Below are positions 46,776-54,929 of a stretch of DNA of 64,000 nucleotides, piece after piece. The stretch's first letter is position 1, and the number at the start of each line of letters is the position of its first letter. The notes beneath the pieces are model-generated. The model saw nothing but the letters and a program-made list of their open reading frames with translations, made no database searches and was not told the DNA's origin. The translations under genes were made by a program, and so were the position numbers. This DNA comes from Syntrophobacterales bacterium (GTDB lineage Bacteria; Desulfobacterota; Desulfobaccia; Desulfobaccales; 0-14-0-80-60-11): positions 11,516-75,515 of the forward strand of contig JAILZL010000001.1 of the NCBI GenBank assembly GCA_023512475.1, written 5' to 3'.

Positions 46776-48941
46776 CTACATTTCCTTGAAGGGGTTGGGG
46801 CCGATTTCTCTCACCCGGTCCACAAACTCCTGCAGGAGGCTGGGCAGGCGATCGAATTCGGAGATGGCGATCTGGAACTGCTGCACCCGGTCGGCCTCCA
46901 GTCCCAGCTTGTCCAGGGTTTCCGAGAGCTTGGTGAGCCGGTAGGCGCACAGCTCGCTGCCCTTGGCAAAGTGGCACTGGTAGTCGTCCCCGTACTTGCA
47001 CCCCAGCAGCACCAGGCCATCCACCCCCCGGGAAAGGGCGTCAGACACCCACACCAGGTTGAAGGAGCCCATGCAGCGCAAGGGGATGAAGCGGATGTTG
47101 GGCGGCAGCTTCAGCCGGTGTTGGGCCAGGGCGTCCAAGGCCGGGTAGGCGTCGTTTTCACACACCAGCCCCACGATCATGAAAGGCGCCTTGGGATCCT
47201 CTTCGTCCTCGATCTCCGGCACCTCCAAGGCCTTGATCATGGAGCCGATGATGTCCACGCTGTAATCCTTGAAATTGACGATGCGCTCCGGACAGGCCCC
47301 CATGCAGGTGGCGCAGCGCCGGCAGCGGTTGATCTTGTAGAAGGGTGTCCCCTTTTCGTCCTCCTCGATGGCGCCGAAGGGGCACTCCTCCGTGCAGCGC
47401 TTGCACTGGGTGCAGCGTTGCATGAAGGGATCCGGGAAGGTGATGTCCCAGGCCCGGGGATGGACCGCCACGCCCGCCTCGATGTGCTGCAGAGCCTGGA
47501 TGGCCTTCATGGCCGCGCCGGCGCCGTCTTCGATGGCCGCCGGCATCCGCATGGCCTGCCGCACCGCGCCCGCGGCGTAGATGGCGGTGCGCCGGGTCTC
47601 ATACTGAAAGCAGATGAAATTGCTGTCGGCAAAGCCGTTGTACAGCTCCAGATCCGGGAGACCCGGCCCCTGGCGGTAGTCCAGGTTGAGGACCGGGTTG
47701 TCCGCGGTGGCCGGCACCATGCCGGTGGCCAGCACCACCAGGTCCGCCTCGAAGGCCACGTTCTGGCCCAGGAGGCTGTCGGTGGCCTTCACCAGGAGCT
47801 TGCCGCCCCTGGGCTCCACCTGCGTGACTTCCGCCTTGGTGAGCATCACCCCGGGGTCGCTTTGGGCCTCTTTATAAAAGAGCTCCGCCACCCCCGGGAC
47901 CCGCATGTCCTTGTAGAGAATCATGGCCACCGCTTCCGGGTTCTGCTGGCGCACATACAGGGCCTGCTTCAGGCTGGTGGCGCAGCAGAAATCGGAGCAA
48001 TACGGCAGATGCTCCGGATCCCGGGACCCGGCGCACTGGATGAAAACCACCTGCTGGGGCGCCTTGCCGTCGGAGGGCCGGGTAATCTTGCCCTTTCTGG
48101 CCATCTCCTCCAGCTCCACGTTGGTGACCACGTCCGGGGAGAGGCCGTAGCCCAGCTTGTCCAGTTTGCTGGCGTCATAGGGGCGCCAGCCCGCGGCCAG
48201 GACGATGGCCCCGGCCCGGAAGGTCTCCTCCTCGCCGCCCCGGCTCACGGTGACATCCAACAGGCCGGGCTGGCCGGCGCACTGCACCAGTTCGGTCCCG
48301 GTCATGACCTTGATCTTGGGCTCGGCCACAACCTCCTTCACCAGGGCGTGTACCGGGGAGTCCACCAGCGCGGAATAGGGGTAGCCGGTGGGGGTGGATT
48401 TATAGAGTTTGGCGCCGTAGCCGCCCAGCTGGGCCTCCTTCTCCACCAGAACCACCGGATACCCCTGCCGGGCGGCGGTGAGGGCGGCGGAGAGACCGGC
48501 GGCGCCGCCGCCGATGACCAGGATGGTCTTGGAGATGGGCTCCGTCTGCCAGGGTTCCGGCAGATCCGCCTTCTTGAGTTTGGCCGCCCCCATGCGGATA
48601 TAGTCTTCCGCCAGCATCTGGGTGGGCTCTTCGTTGGGTTCCTGGGTCCAGGCCACCAGCTCCCGGAGATTGACCCGCTCCACCAGGGTACCGGGGAAGT
48701 CGAACTCCTCGTACTTCACCCGGGGGGAACAGGCGGCGATGAGGAGGCAGTTGAAGCCCTCGGCCATGTCTTTCCTGATCATCTCCAGGCCGTCGGGGCT
48801 GCAGAGGATGTCGTGCTCCTTGACCTCCGGGATCTTACCTTCTTTCTTGGTGATCTTGGCCAGACTCTCGAAGTTCAGGGCGGCCCCGATGCCACAGCCT
48901 TTGCACAGATATGCCGCGTATTTCCGTTCTTCCAGTGCCAT
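46776..48941 (-). CDS. qmoB: Quinone-interacting membrane-bound oxidoreductase subunit B (HdrA-like with MvhD-like C-terminus)
   Basis: VIGGGAAGLSAAL FAD motif, two ferredoxin-type Cys clusters (CTQCKRCTEECP, CRRCATCMGACP) and a C-terminal MvhD-like region (GLVCENDAYPALD...LRCMGS). Confidence 0.9.
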   Translation of the reverse strand: MALEERKYAAYLCKGCGIGAALNFESLAKITKKEGKIPEVKEHDILCSPDGLEMIRKDMAEGFNCLLIAACSPRVKYEEFDFPGTLVERVNLRELVAWTQEPNEEPTQMLAEDYIRMGAAKLKKADLPEPWQTEPISKTILVIGGGAAGLSAALTAARQGYPVVLVEKEAQLGGYGAKLYKSTPTGYPYSALVDSPVHALVKEVVAEPKIKVMTGTELVQCAGQPGLLDVTVSRGGEEETFRAGAIVLAAGWRPYDASKLDKLGYGLSPDVVTNVELEEMARKGKITRPSDGKAPQQVVFIQCAGSRDPEHLPYCSDFCCATSLKQALYVRQQNPEAVAMILYKDMRVPGVAELFYKEAQSDPGVMLTKAEVTQVEPRGGKLLVKATDSLLGQNVAFEADLVVLATGMVPATADNPVLNLDYRQGPGLPDLELYNGFADSNFICFQYETRRTAIYAAGAVRQAMRMPAAIEDGAGAAMKAIQALQHIEAGVAVHPRAWDITFPDPFMQRCTQCKRCTEECPFGAIEEDEKGTPFYKINRCRRCATCMGACPERIVNFKDYSVDIIGSMIKALEVPEIEDEEDPKAPFMIVGLVCENDAYPALDALAQHRLKLPPNIRFIPLRCMGSFNLVWVSDALSRGVDGLVLLGCKYGDDYQCHFAKGSELCAYRLTKLSETLDKLGLEADRVQQFQIAISEFDRLPSLLQEFVDRVREIGPNPFKEM

Positions 48942-48943
48942 GA

Positions 48944-50203
48944 CTACCTCCCGCCCAGACTGATGAGACTCTTCAGAGCGGCCCCGGTGCCTTCCTGCAC
49001 CGACTTGGCCACATCCAAGGGGCTCTTCATGCTGCCCACCGCGGTGATGCCGTCGGGCAGGAGCTCCGGAATGATGAAGCCTTCCGGGGTGTAGGACAGG
49101 GGCAGGGGCAGCGGCGCATTCTTGGTGGACGGCACCATACCCACCGCCAGCACCACCAGGTCATAGGCGGCGGTGAGCTTGCCCTCACCCAGGGTGTTTT
49201 CCGCGGTGACCACCACGTTGTCGCTGCCCACTTCCTGCTCCACCTTGGCGATCTTGCCCCGGATGAGCTTGACCCCCGCCATGTCCCGGACCTTCCAGAG
49301 GAACTGCTCATAGCGGCCGGGGCAGCGCAGGTCGATGTAGTAGATGTGGGCCTCGGCTTCCGGATCCTGTTCCAGGAGGTAGGTGGCCTGCTTCAGGGAG
49401 GCCATGCAGCAGATATAGGAGCAATATGGCAGGTGATTCTCATCCCGGGAGCCGGCACACTGCACGAAGGCCACCTTCTTGGGGGCGGCGCCGTCGGAGG
49501 GCCGCAGGATCTTGCCGCCGGTGGGGCCGTTGCTGGCCGCCAGGCGCTCCATCTGCATGTTGGTGATGACATTTTTCACCCGGCCGAAGCCGAGGTTGTC
49601 GGCCTGGCTGATGTCGTAGAGCTCCCAGCCCCCGGAGAGGACGATGGCCCCCACCTGGAAATTCAGGGTCTGGGGCTGCATGTCCAACTCAATGGCCTCG
49701 TAGGCGCAGGCCTCCTTGCACTTCTGGCCGCAGTCCCCCACGCAGGCCTCGGGGTCGATGACGTATTTGAAGGGGAAGGCCATGTCGTAGGGCAGGTAGG
49801 CCGCCTTGGTCTTGTCCAGGCCGTAATTGAAGGTATTGACCCGCTCCGCCGGGCAGGCCTCGGCGCAGGCATTGCAGGCCACGCAGCGGTCATTGACGTA
49901 GCGGGGTTTCAGGGTCACGGTGACGTCAAAATTGCCCGCACTCCCGGAGATCTGGGTCACTTCCGCCAGGGTGTAGAAGGTGATGTTGGGATTCTCCCGG
50001 ATCCGGCGGAAATTGATCTCCAGACCGCAGGTGGGCGGGCAGAGTTTGGGAAAGTATCGGTGGAGCTGTGCGACCCGGCCGCCCAGATAGGGTTCCTTTT
50101 CCACCAGGATCACCTGGGTGCCGGCTTCCGCAGCTTCCAGAGCCGCGGTCAGGCCGCTCATGCCTCCCCCGATGACCAGAATCTTTTGATCAGCGGCGTT
50201 CAC
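48944..50203 (-). CDS. qmoA: Quinone-interacting membrane-bound oxidoreductase subunit A (HdrA-like flavoprotein)
   Basis: GTG start behind GAAGGAGGA. VIGGGMSGLTAALEAAE FAD motif and the HdrA-like CPPTCG and FVQCAGSRD segments. Confidence 0.9.
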   Translation of the reverse strand: MNAADQKILVIGGGMSGLTAALEAAEAGTQVILVEKEPYLGGRVAQLHRYFPKLCPPTCGLEINFRRIRENPNITFYTLAEVTQISGSAGNFDVTVTLKPRYVNDRCVACNACAEACPAERVNTFNYGLDKTKAAYLPYDMAFPFKYVIDPEACVGDCGQKCKEACAYEAIELDMQPQTLNFQVGAIVLSGGWELYDISQADNLGFGRVKNVITNMQMERLAASNGPTGGKILRPSDGAAPKKVAFVQCAGSRDENHLPYCSYICCMASLKQATYLLEQDPEAEAHIYYIDLRCPGRYEQFLWKVRDMAGVKLIRGKIAKVEQEVGSDNVVVTAENTLGEGKLTAAYDLVVLAVGMVPSTKNAPLPLPLSYTPEGFIIPELLPDGITAVGSMKSPLDVAKSVQEGTGAALKSLISLGGR

Positions 50204-50410
50204 ACCAATCCTCCTTCAGACATTCCGGAAACCCCGATAGGCGTGCGGCGGGTTCCGGGGTCCGTGGCTCAGACCGGATTTGCGGGTTCGGTTGGGGGAA
50301 AGTTGCGGCAGATGTCATGGATTTCCCCAGGGGCGCAGGCGGGGCCGGGTGGCGGCCGGCTGAGCTTTCGCCGGCCCAGGCCCGCGGATGCCGCCCGGGC
50401 TCATCCCTCC

Positions 50411-50455
50411 TGAGAAAAATGGCCGTGGCGGTGCAGACACAAGACCACGGCCATT
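50411..50455 (-). terminator. Terminator-like/attenuator hairpin between aprA and qmoA
   Basis: The minus strand reads AATGGCCGTGG-16 nt-CCACGGCCATTTTTCTC (11-bp stem plus U-run). A 22-bp perfect GC palindrome precedes it at 50467-50488, directly after the aprA stop. Confidence 0.5.
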
Positions 50456-50504
50456 ATCATCCGGGCCCGGGGCCCCGCGGGGCCCCGGGGTGATGGCGCG
50501 GAAG

Positions 50505-52469
50505 TTACTTCACCAGCTGCACGTACGGCTTGGTCTCAAACTTCCACTCGTTGGTCTTGGGATCGTACTGGGAGATGGTGAAGACCTTCCACTTGTTGTC
50601 ATCGATGCTCGGGAAGTCCGCCCGATAGTAGTAACCCGGGTACCGGGTCTCTTCCCGGAACAGGATGTGCCGCAGGTGGGCCTCACCGGCGATGATGCGG
50701 TGATACTGCTCCCAGGCCCGCATCAGCTCATGCAGATCCGCCGCGGCCATGCGCTGGGCGTCTTCCTTGAGGAAGGTGAGCCGGCGCAGACCCTCTTCCA
50801 GCATGGGCTTGTTGGTCATGTACATGGTGGCGATGCCGCCCACATACTCGTCCATGATCTTCTGGAGGCGGCTCTGGATCTGCTTGGGCCGCAGGTAGTT
50901 GGGGTTGATGTCCGGCGCGGTGGTGTAGTCCTTGTACTTCTCGTAGATCTCGAAGGGCAGGTAGATCTCGGCGATGACGTCGTCGATGTTCTGACCCGGC
51001 TCGAGTTTGTCGTCCTTGTGGTCCAGGATGAAGGCGATGGCGGCCTTGGCAGCCATGCGACCCTCGGCATGGGACCCGGAGGAGAACTTGTGCCCGGAGG
51101 CGCCCACGCCGTCACCGGCGGTGAACAGGCCTTCCACGGTGGTCATGCGGTCATAGCCCCAGAACCAGTCATCGGGGGCGCCGAGATAATTCTTGGAGGG
51201 ACCGGAGACCCACAGACCGGCGCAGCCGGCATGGGAACCCAGCAGATAGGGCTCCGAGGGGATGATCTCGGAGGGCACCTTGTCGGGTTCCATGTTCATG
51301 GAGGCCCACAGGCTGGCGGCGGAGATGGACATGTCGAGGAAGTCTTCCCAGGCTTCCGCTTCCAGGTGCTTCAGCTCTTTCTTGGAGAGCACCTTGGCCA
51401 GCTCCTGCATCGCCTTGTCGGTGTGCATCAGGATGGGCCCGCGGCCTTCCCGCATCTCGATCATGGCGGCATGGTTCCGCAGGCAGGTGCCGGGGGAGTC
51501 GGCGTAGCCGGGATATTCCTGCTTCACCCGCTCCCAGTTCTTGGTCATGTAGTCTTCGTTGTAGGCGTTGGTGGCCTGGGCCTTGAAGAACAGGAACCAG
51601 GCGCCCACCGGGCCGTAGCCGTCCTTGAAGCGGGCCGGGACGAACCGGTTCTCCATCAGCACCATTTTGGCGCCGATCTCGGCGGGCATGGCGTAGGTGG
51701 AGCCGGCGTTCCACACCGGATACCAGGCACGGCCCTGACCTTCACCCACGGACCGGGGCCGGAAGACGTTCACCACGCCGCCGCAGGCCACCAGCATGGC
51801 CTTGCACTTGAACACGAAGGTCTTGTGCTCCCGGACGCTGAAGCCCACCGCGCCGCACACCCGGTTGGGGTTGTTCTTGTCGGTGAGGAGCTTGACGATG
51901 AAGACGCGCTCGTAGATGTTTTCCATCCCCAGCGCGTTCTTGGCGGCCTCGGCCACGATGACCTTGTAGGACTCACCGTTGATCATGCACTGCCAGCGGC
52001 CGGACCGGCAGCATTTGCCGCCGTCTTTCAGGAGGGGCAGGCCCTCGTCCCGGGCCACCTGGCCGTCCACGGTATGGCCTTCGGCGTCCTTCTGCCAGAT
52101 GGGGAGACCCCACTCCTGGAAGTCATAGACGCTCTGGTCCACGTGGCAGCCCAGGGAGTGCACCAGGTCTTCCCGGATGATGCCCATGAGGTCGGTGCGC
52201 ACATACTTGACGTAGTCGTCCACCGGGTTTTCCGGGCCGATGTAGGTGTTGATGGCCGACAGCCCCATGGCCACCGCGCCGGACCGGTCCAGAGCCGCCT
52301 TGTCCACCAGGGTGACCTTGAGGCCCAGCTGCTTGGCGTAGGCCATGGCTTCCACCGCCGCACCGCAGGCCGCCATGCCGCCGCCCACGATGAGGAAGTC
52401 GGTCTCAATGGTTTCCACCGGCGGCTTCTGACAATAAGACCATTTGCAGAATTCTCTTTCCAGAGCCAT
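50505..52469 (-). CDS. aprA: Adenylylsulfate (APS) reductase alpha subunit
   Basis: 654-aa flavoprotein, FLIVGGGMAACGAA FAD motif, AprA-typical sequence throughout. Follows aprB. AAGGAGGG RBS. Confidence 0.95.
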   Translation of the reverse strand: MALEREFCKWSYCQKPPVETIETDFLIVGGGMAACGAAVEAMAYAKQLGLKVTLVDKAALDRSGAVAMGLSAINTYIGPENPVDDYVKYVRTDLMGIIREDLVHSLGCHVDQSVYDFQEWGLPIWQKDAEGHTVDGQVARDEGLPLLKDGGKCCRSGRWQCMINGESYKVIVAEAAKNALGMENIYERVFIVKLLTDKNNPNRVCGAVGFSVREHKTFVFKCKAMLVACGGVVNVFRPRSVGEGQGRAWYPVWNAGSTYAMPAEIGAKMVLMENRFVPARFKDGYGPVGAWFLFFKAQATNAYNEDYMTKNWERVKQEYPGYADSPGTCLRNHAAMIEMREGRGPILMHTDKAMQELAKVLSKKELKHLEAEAWEDFLDMSISAASLWASMNMEPDKVPSEIIPSEPYLLGSHAGCAGLWVSGPSKNYLGAPDDWFWGYDRMTTVEGLFTAGDGVGASGHKFSSGSHAEGRMAAKAAIAFILDHKDDKLEPGQNIDDVIAEIYLPFEIYEKYKDYTTAPDINPNYLRPKQIQSRLQKIMDEYVGGIATMYMTNKPMLEEGLRRLTFLKEDAQRMAAADLHELMRAWEQYHRIIAGEAHLRHILFREETRYPGYYYRADFPSIDDNKWKVFTISQYDPKTNEWKFETKPYVQLVK

Positions 52470-52502
52470 TATGTTGTCCCTCCTTGAATTTGGGCAGCGT
52501 GG

Positions 52503-52925
52503 TTACTCGGTCCGGGCCGGGCCGGTGAAGAAGCCGGGTTTCCGCAGGTCATCAACGCTGGGCAGGGTCTTGCCCTTGAAGACGTCAATGGAGCCCTCCG
52601 GGGTGGTCCGGATGGGGAACTTGAACCGCTTCACGGTCTTGCCATCCCGGAACTTGATGGTCCACATGATGGAGTCGGTGCCCCGCAGCGGGAAGGTGCT
52701 GGAGCCCAGGGGCATGATGTCGGCATAGTGCCGCACCTCAATGGCCTGCTGAGGGCAGATCTTCACGCAGTTGAAGCACTCCCAGCACTGCTCCGGTTCC
52801 TGGTTGTAGGCCTTTTTCTTCTCCGGATCCAAGACCATGAGGTCATTGGGGCAGATGTACTGGCATGCGGTCTTGTCCAGGGCCTTGCAGCCGTCACATT
52901 TTTCCACAATCACAAAACTCGGCAT
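52503..52925 (-). CDS. aprB: Adenylylsulfate (APS) reductase beta subunit
   Basis: MPSFVIVEKCDGCK...CQYICP and CWECFNCVKICP [4Fe-4S] motifs. AprB-specific C-terminal tail. Confidence 0.95.
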   Translation of the reverse strand: MPSFVIVEKCDGCKALDKTACQYICPNDLMVLDPEKKKAYNQEPEQCWECFNCVKICPQQAIEVRHYADIMPLGSSTFPLRGTDSIMWTIKFRDGKTVKRFKFPIRTTPEGSIDVFKGKTLPSVDDLRKPGFFTGPARTE

Positions 52926-53035
52926 GGGAAAAACCTCCTGTTTAGGGTTGAATGGTAGTTAGCTGTCCCCAGGAAAGGGGCCCACGCCGCCTTTCCCAAT
53001 ATCTCCCGCCGCCCCGGGGGGCGGCTGGCCATCCC

Positions 53036-53371
53036 TCAGGCGATCTCCTGGTTCCAGAAGGCGTCCCCGGCCCTCTCGAACAGGTGGCAGAATTCGCTCA
53101 TGACGTTCAGCTTCTTGCGCTTCACCACCATCTCGTAGATCTTGTCCTTGACATACTTGGGCAGCAGCTCAATGGACTTGGTGGTGGCGGCATCGAACTT
53201 GGCCATGGGGAAGAGCTTCAGCACCTTGTCCCGCTCCTCGGCGGTGCAGGGCACGGCCAGAACCTTCATGCCGGCCAGCTCTTCCTTCAACAGGTCCGCC
53301 AGGCCCGCGGCCTGCAGCTCTTTGTAGCGCTCTTCGTTGATCCATATATTGATGGGGTATGTCTCTGCCAT
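53036..53371 (-). CDS. Hypothetical 111-aa protein embedded between sat and aprB
   Basis: Clean ORF (MAETYPINIWINEERYKEL...) with the Lys/Glu-rich, AAG/GAG-biased codon use also seen in sat and aprBA. No motif recognised. Confidence 0.7.
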   Translation of the reverse strand: MAETYPINIWINEERYKELQAAGLADLLKEELAGMKVLAVPCTAEERDKVLKLFPMAKFDAATTKSIELLPKYVKDKIYEMVVKRKKLNVMSEFCHLFERAGDAFWNQEIA

Positions 53372-53412
53372 GTCCCTTCCTCCTCAGCGTGATGACCGCC
53401 AACAGCCTGGGT

Positions 53413-54690
53413 TTAGAGAGGCTCGATGCTGAAGGCCGGTTTGGCCTTGGCCAGATATTCCGGGCCCACAAAGGGGGAGCCGAACCCGTATTTCTTGGCC
53501 GCCTCCATGACGATATCGAAGACCTCCGGCCGGAAGATGAGGCGGGTGGGCTTGACCTCGTCAATGAGGATGGAGCGGATCTTGGTGCCGCTGAACTTCT
53601 GGTGCTCATTCCAGTGGCCGCACAGGCCGATGCAGGTGACCTCGCCGCAGTGGGGGCAATAGACCCATTCCAGCACGAAGATGGGGGTGATGAAGAGCTT
53701 CTCCCGGGGGATGCTCATCAGCAACCGGTGGGCCTCGTAGGATTCATAGTAGGTGCCCACGCCGGCGTGGTCCCGGCCGAACATGTGGTGGGTGAGCCCC
53801 AGATTGGCCCGGATGATGGAATGGTGCACCGCCTCCTTGGGACCGGCATAGCGCATATCCCAGAAGGTCATGGTGGTCATGTGGATGTCTTCCCGGAAAT
53901 AGCCGTACTTCTTCAGGCCGTCCTGGGCCAGCACGATGGCCTCGTCGATGTAGTCGCCGGCCCGCTTCTCGCCCACGATGCAGTTCACCAACACACCGGA
54001 GATGGCCTTGCCGATGACCTCCATGGACTCCACCGGCAGTTCCCCATGGGCGGCGATGTAGGCGTGCTTCATCAGCCACTCATGGCCGGAGTGGGGCACG
54101 TTCCGGGTCTGGTGGGCCACAATGCGCTGCCAGCCCAGCTCCTGAAACTTCATCCGGTGCTGCCGGGGGGTGAGGAAGTAGGGCGTGAAGGGCTCCCGGA
54201 TCTTGGGTTCGTTCACCAGGGTGATCTTGCCGCCCAGGAACTTGTCCTTATAGGCATAGGTGCGGGCCACCCCGGGGTGCTTCTCCTCTTTGGTGCCGTA
54301 CACATCAAAGGCCATCTCGTCCTTGGGATAGGTGAAGATCTCCTCGATCTCGAAGATGGCCAGGGGATTGTCGTCGTAGGTGAGGAGGATGCTCTCCCCT
54401 TCCTTGACCCCATACTCGGCGATCTCTTGGTCCGAAATGTCAAAAACGATGGGAATGCTCCACAGGGTGCCGTCCGCCAGCTCCATCTTCTTGCAGACCG
54501 CATCCACATCGGCCCGCTTCATGAAGCCTTCCAGGGGTGAGAAGAAGCCGTAGGCGATGCTGATGCACTCCGTCGCCATCTGCCGGGAGGCGGGCATGGT
54601 CTTCAGGCCGGCAATCTTCTTCTTGGCTTCGGTCTTGTCGGCAATGACCCGTTCTACCAGTGGTTTCCCACCATGGCCGATCATTTCCAT
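53413..54690 (-). CDS. sat: Sulfate adenylyltransferase (ATP sulfurylase)
   Basis: HQTRNVPHSGH (QxRNxxHxGH) motif and FGRDHAG. 425-aa dissimilatory type. Heads the sat-aprBA-qmoABC block. Confidence 0.95.
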   Translation of the reverse strand: MEMIGHGGKPLVERVIADKTEAKKKIAGLKTMPASRQMATECISIAYGFFSPLEGFMKRADVDAVCKKMELADGTLWSIPIVFDISDQEIAEYGVKEGESILLTYDDNPLAIFEIEEIFTYPKDEMAFDVYGTKEEKHPGVARTYAYKDKFLGGKITLVNEPKIREPFTPYFLTPRQHRMKFQELGWQRIVAHQTRNVPHSGHEWLMKHAYIAAHGELPVESMEVIGKAISGVLVNCIVGEKRAGDYIDEAIVLAQDGLKKYGYFREDIHMTTMTFWDMRYAGPKEAVHHSIIRANLGLTHHMFGRDHAGVGTYYESYEAHRLLMSIPREKLFITPIFVLEWVYCPHCGEVTCIGLCGHWNEHQKFSGTKIRSILIDEVKPTRLIFRPEVFDIVMEAAKKYGFGSPFVGPEYLAKAKPAFSIEPL

Positions 54691-54811
54691 GTTGTTCCCC
54701 TTTCTTAAAGTTCTGGCCGAATCTGCTCTCGTGCTGCCGCTGGTCCCAGGTCTCCGGGGTGGGCCGGTGCTACAACCGCCAAGGAGGCCTCTCCCCGGCC
54801 ATTATGCGCCT

Positions 54812-54829
54812 ACGTGAATTTCTTCACAT
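54812..54829 (-). promoter_or_regulatory. Rex-like operator (aTGTGAA-GAAA-TTCACgt) in the sat leader
   Basis: Palindrome GTGAA-N4-TTCAC at 54814-54827 matches the Rex consensus TTGTGAAnnnnTTCACAA in the core. It lies about 25-40 nt downstream of the predicted -10. A second half-site, TTGTGAA, lies at 54897-54891 next to the -35. Confidence 0.5.
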
Positions 54830-54852
54830 TTTCCCTAGGATGCCAAGAACGG

Positions 54853-54881
54853 AAATTAGACTAGATGGCGGGGAATGTCAA
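54853..54881 (-). promoter_or_regulatory. Near-consensus sigma70-type promoter for sat (TTGACA-17 nt-TAATTT)
   Basis: Minus strand: -35 at 54881-54876, -10 at 54858-54853, exact 17-nt spacer, in an AT-rich patch. It predicts a ~155-nt leader. Confidence 0.55.
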
Positions 54882-54929
54882 TAGAAAATTTTCACAAAAT
54901 TTTTCCCGGGCCCCGGGGCCTCCCCTCCC

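Noticed and set aside
45423-49094. 1223-aa plus-strand ORF, the longest in the track.
   Set aside because: It lies entirely antisense to qmoC, qmoB and qmoA, which have unmistakable Fe-S and FAD motifs. Its product is Gly/His/Pro/Arg/Gln-rich with no motif. It is a typical shadow ORF of high-GC DNA.
50315-50404. 29-aa minus-strand ORF (MSPGGIRGPGPAKAQPAATRPRLRPWGNP) in the aprA-qmoA spacer.
   Set aside because: The GGAGGG abuts the ATG (spacing of about 1 nt) and the product is Gly/Pro/Arg-rich. It is more likely non-coding structured RNA.
50388-52487. 699-aa plus-strand ORF.
   Set aside because: Antisense to aprA. Low-complexity Gly/His/Val/Asp-rich translation.
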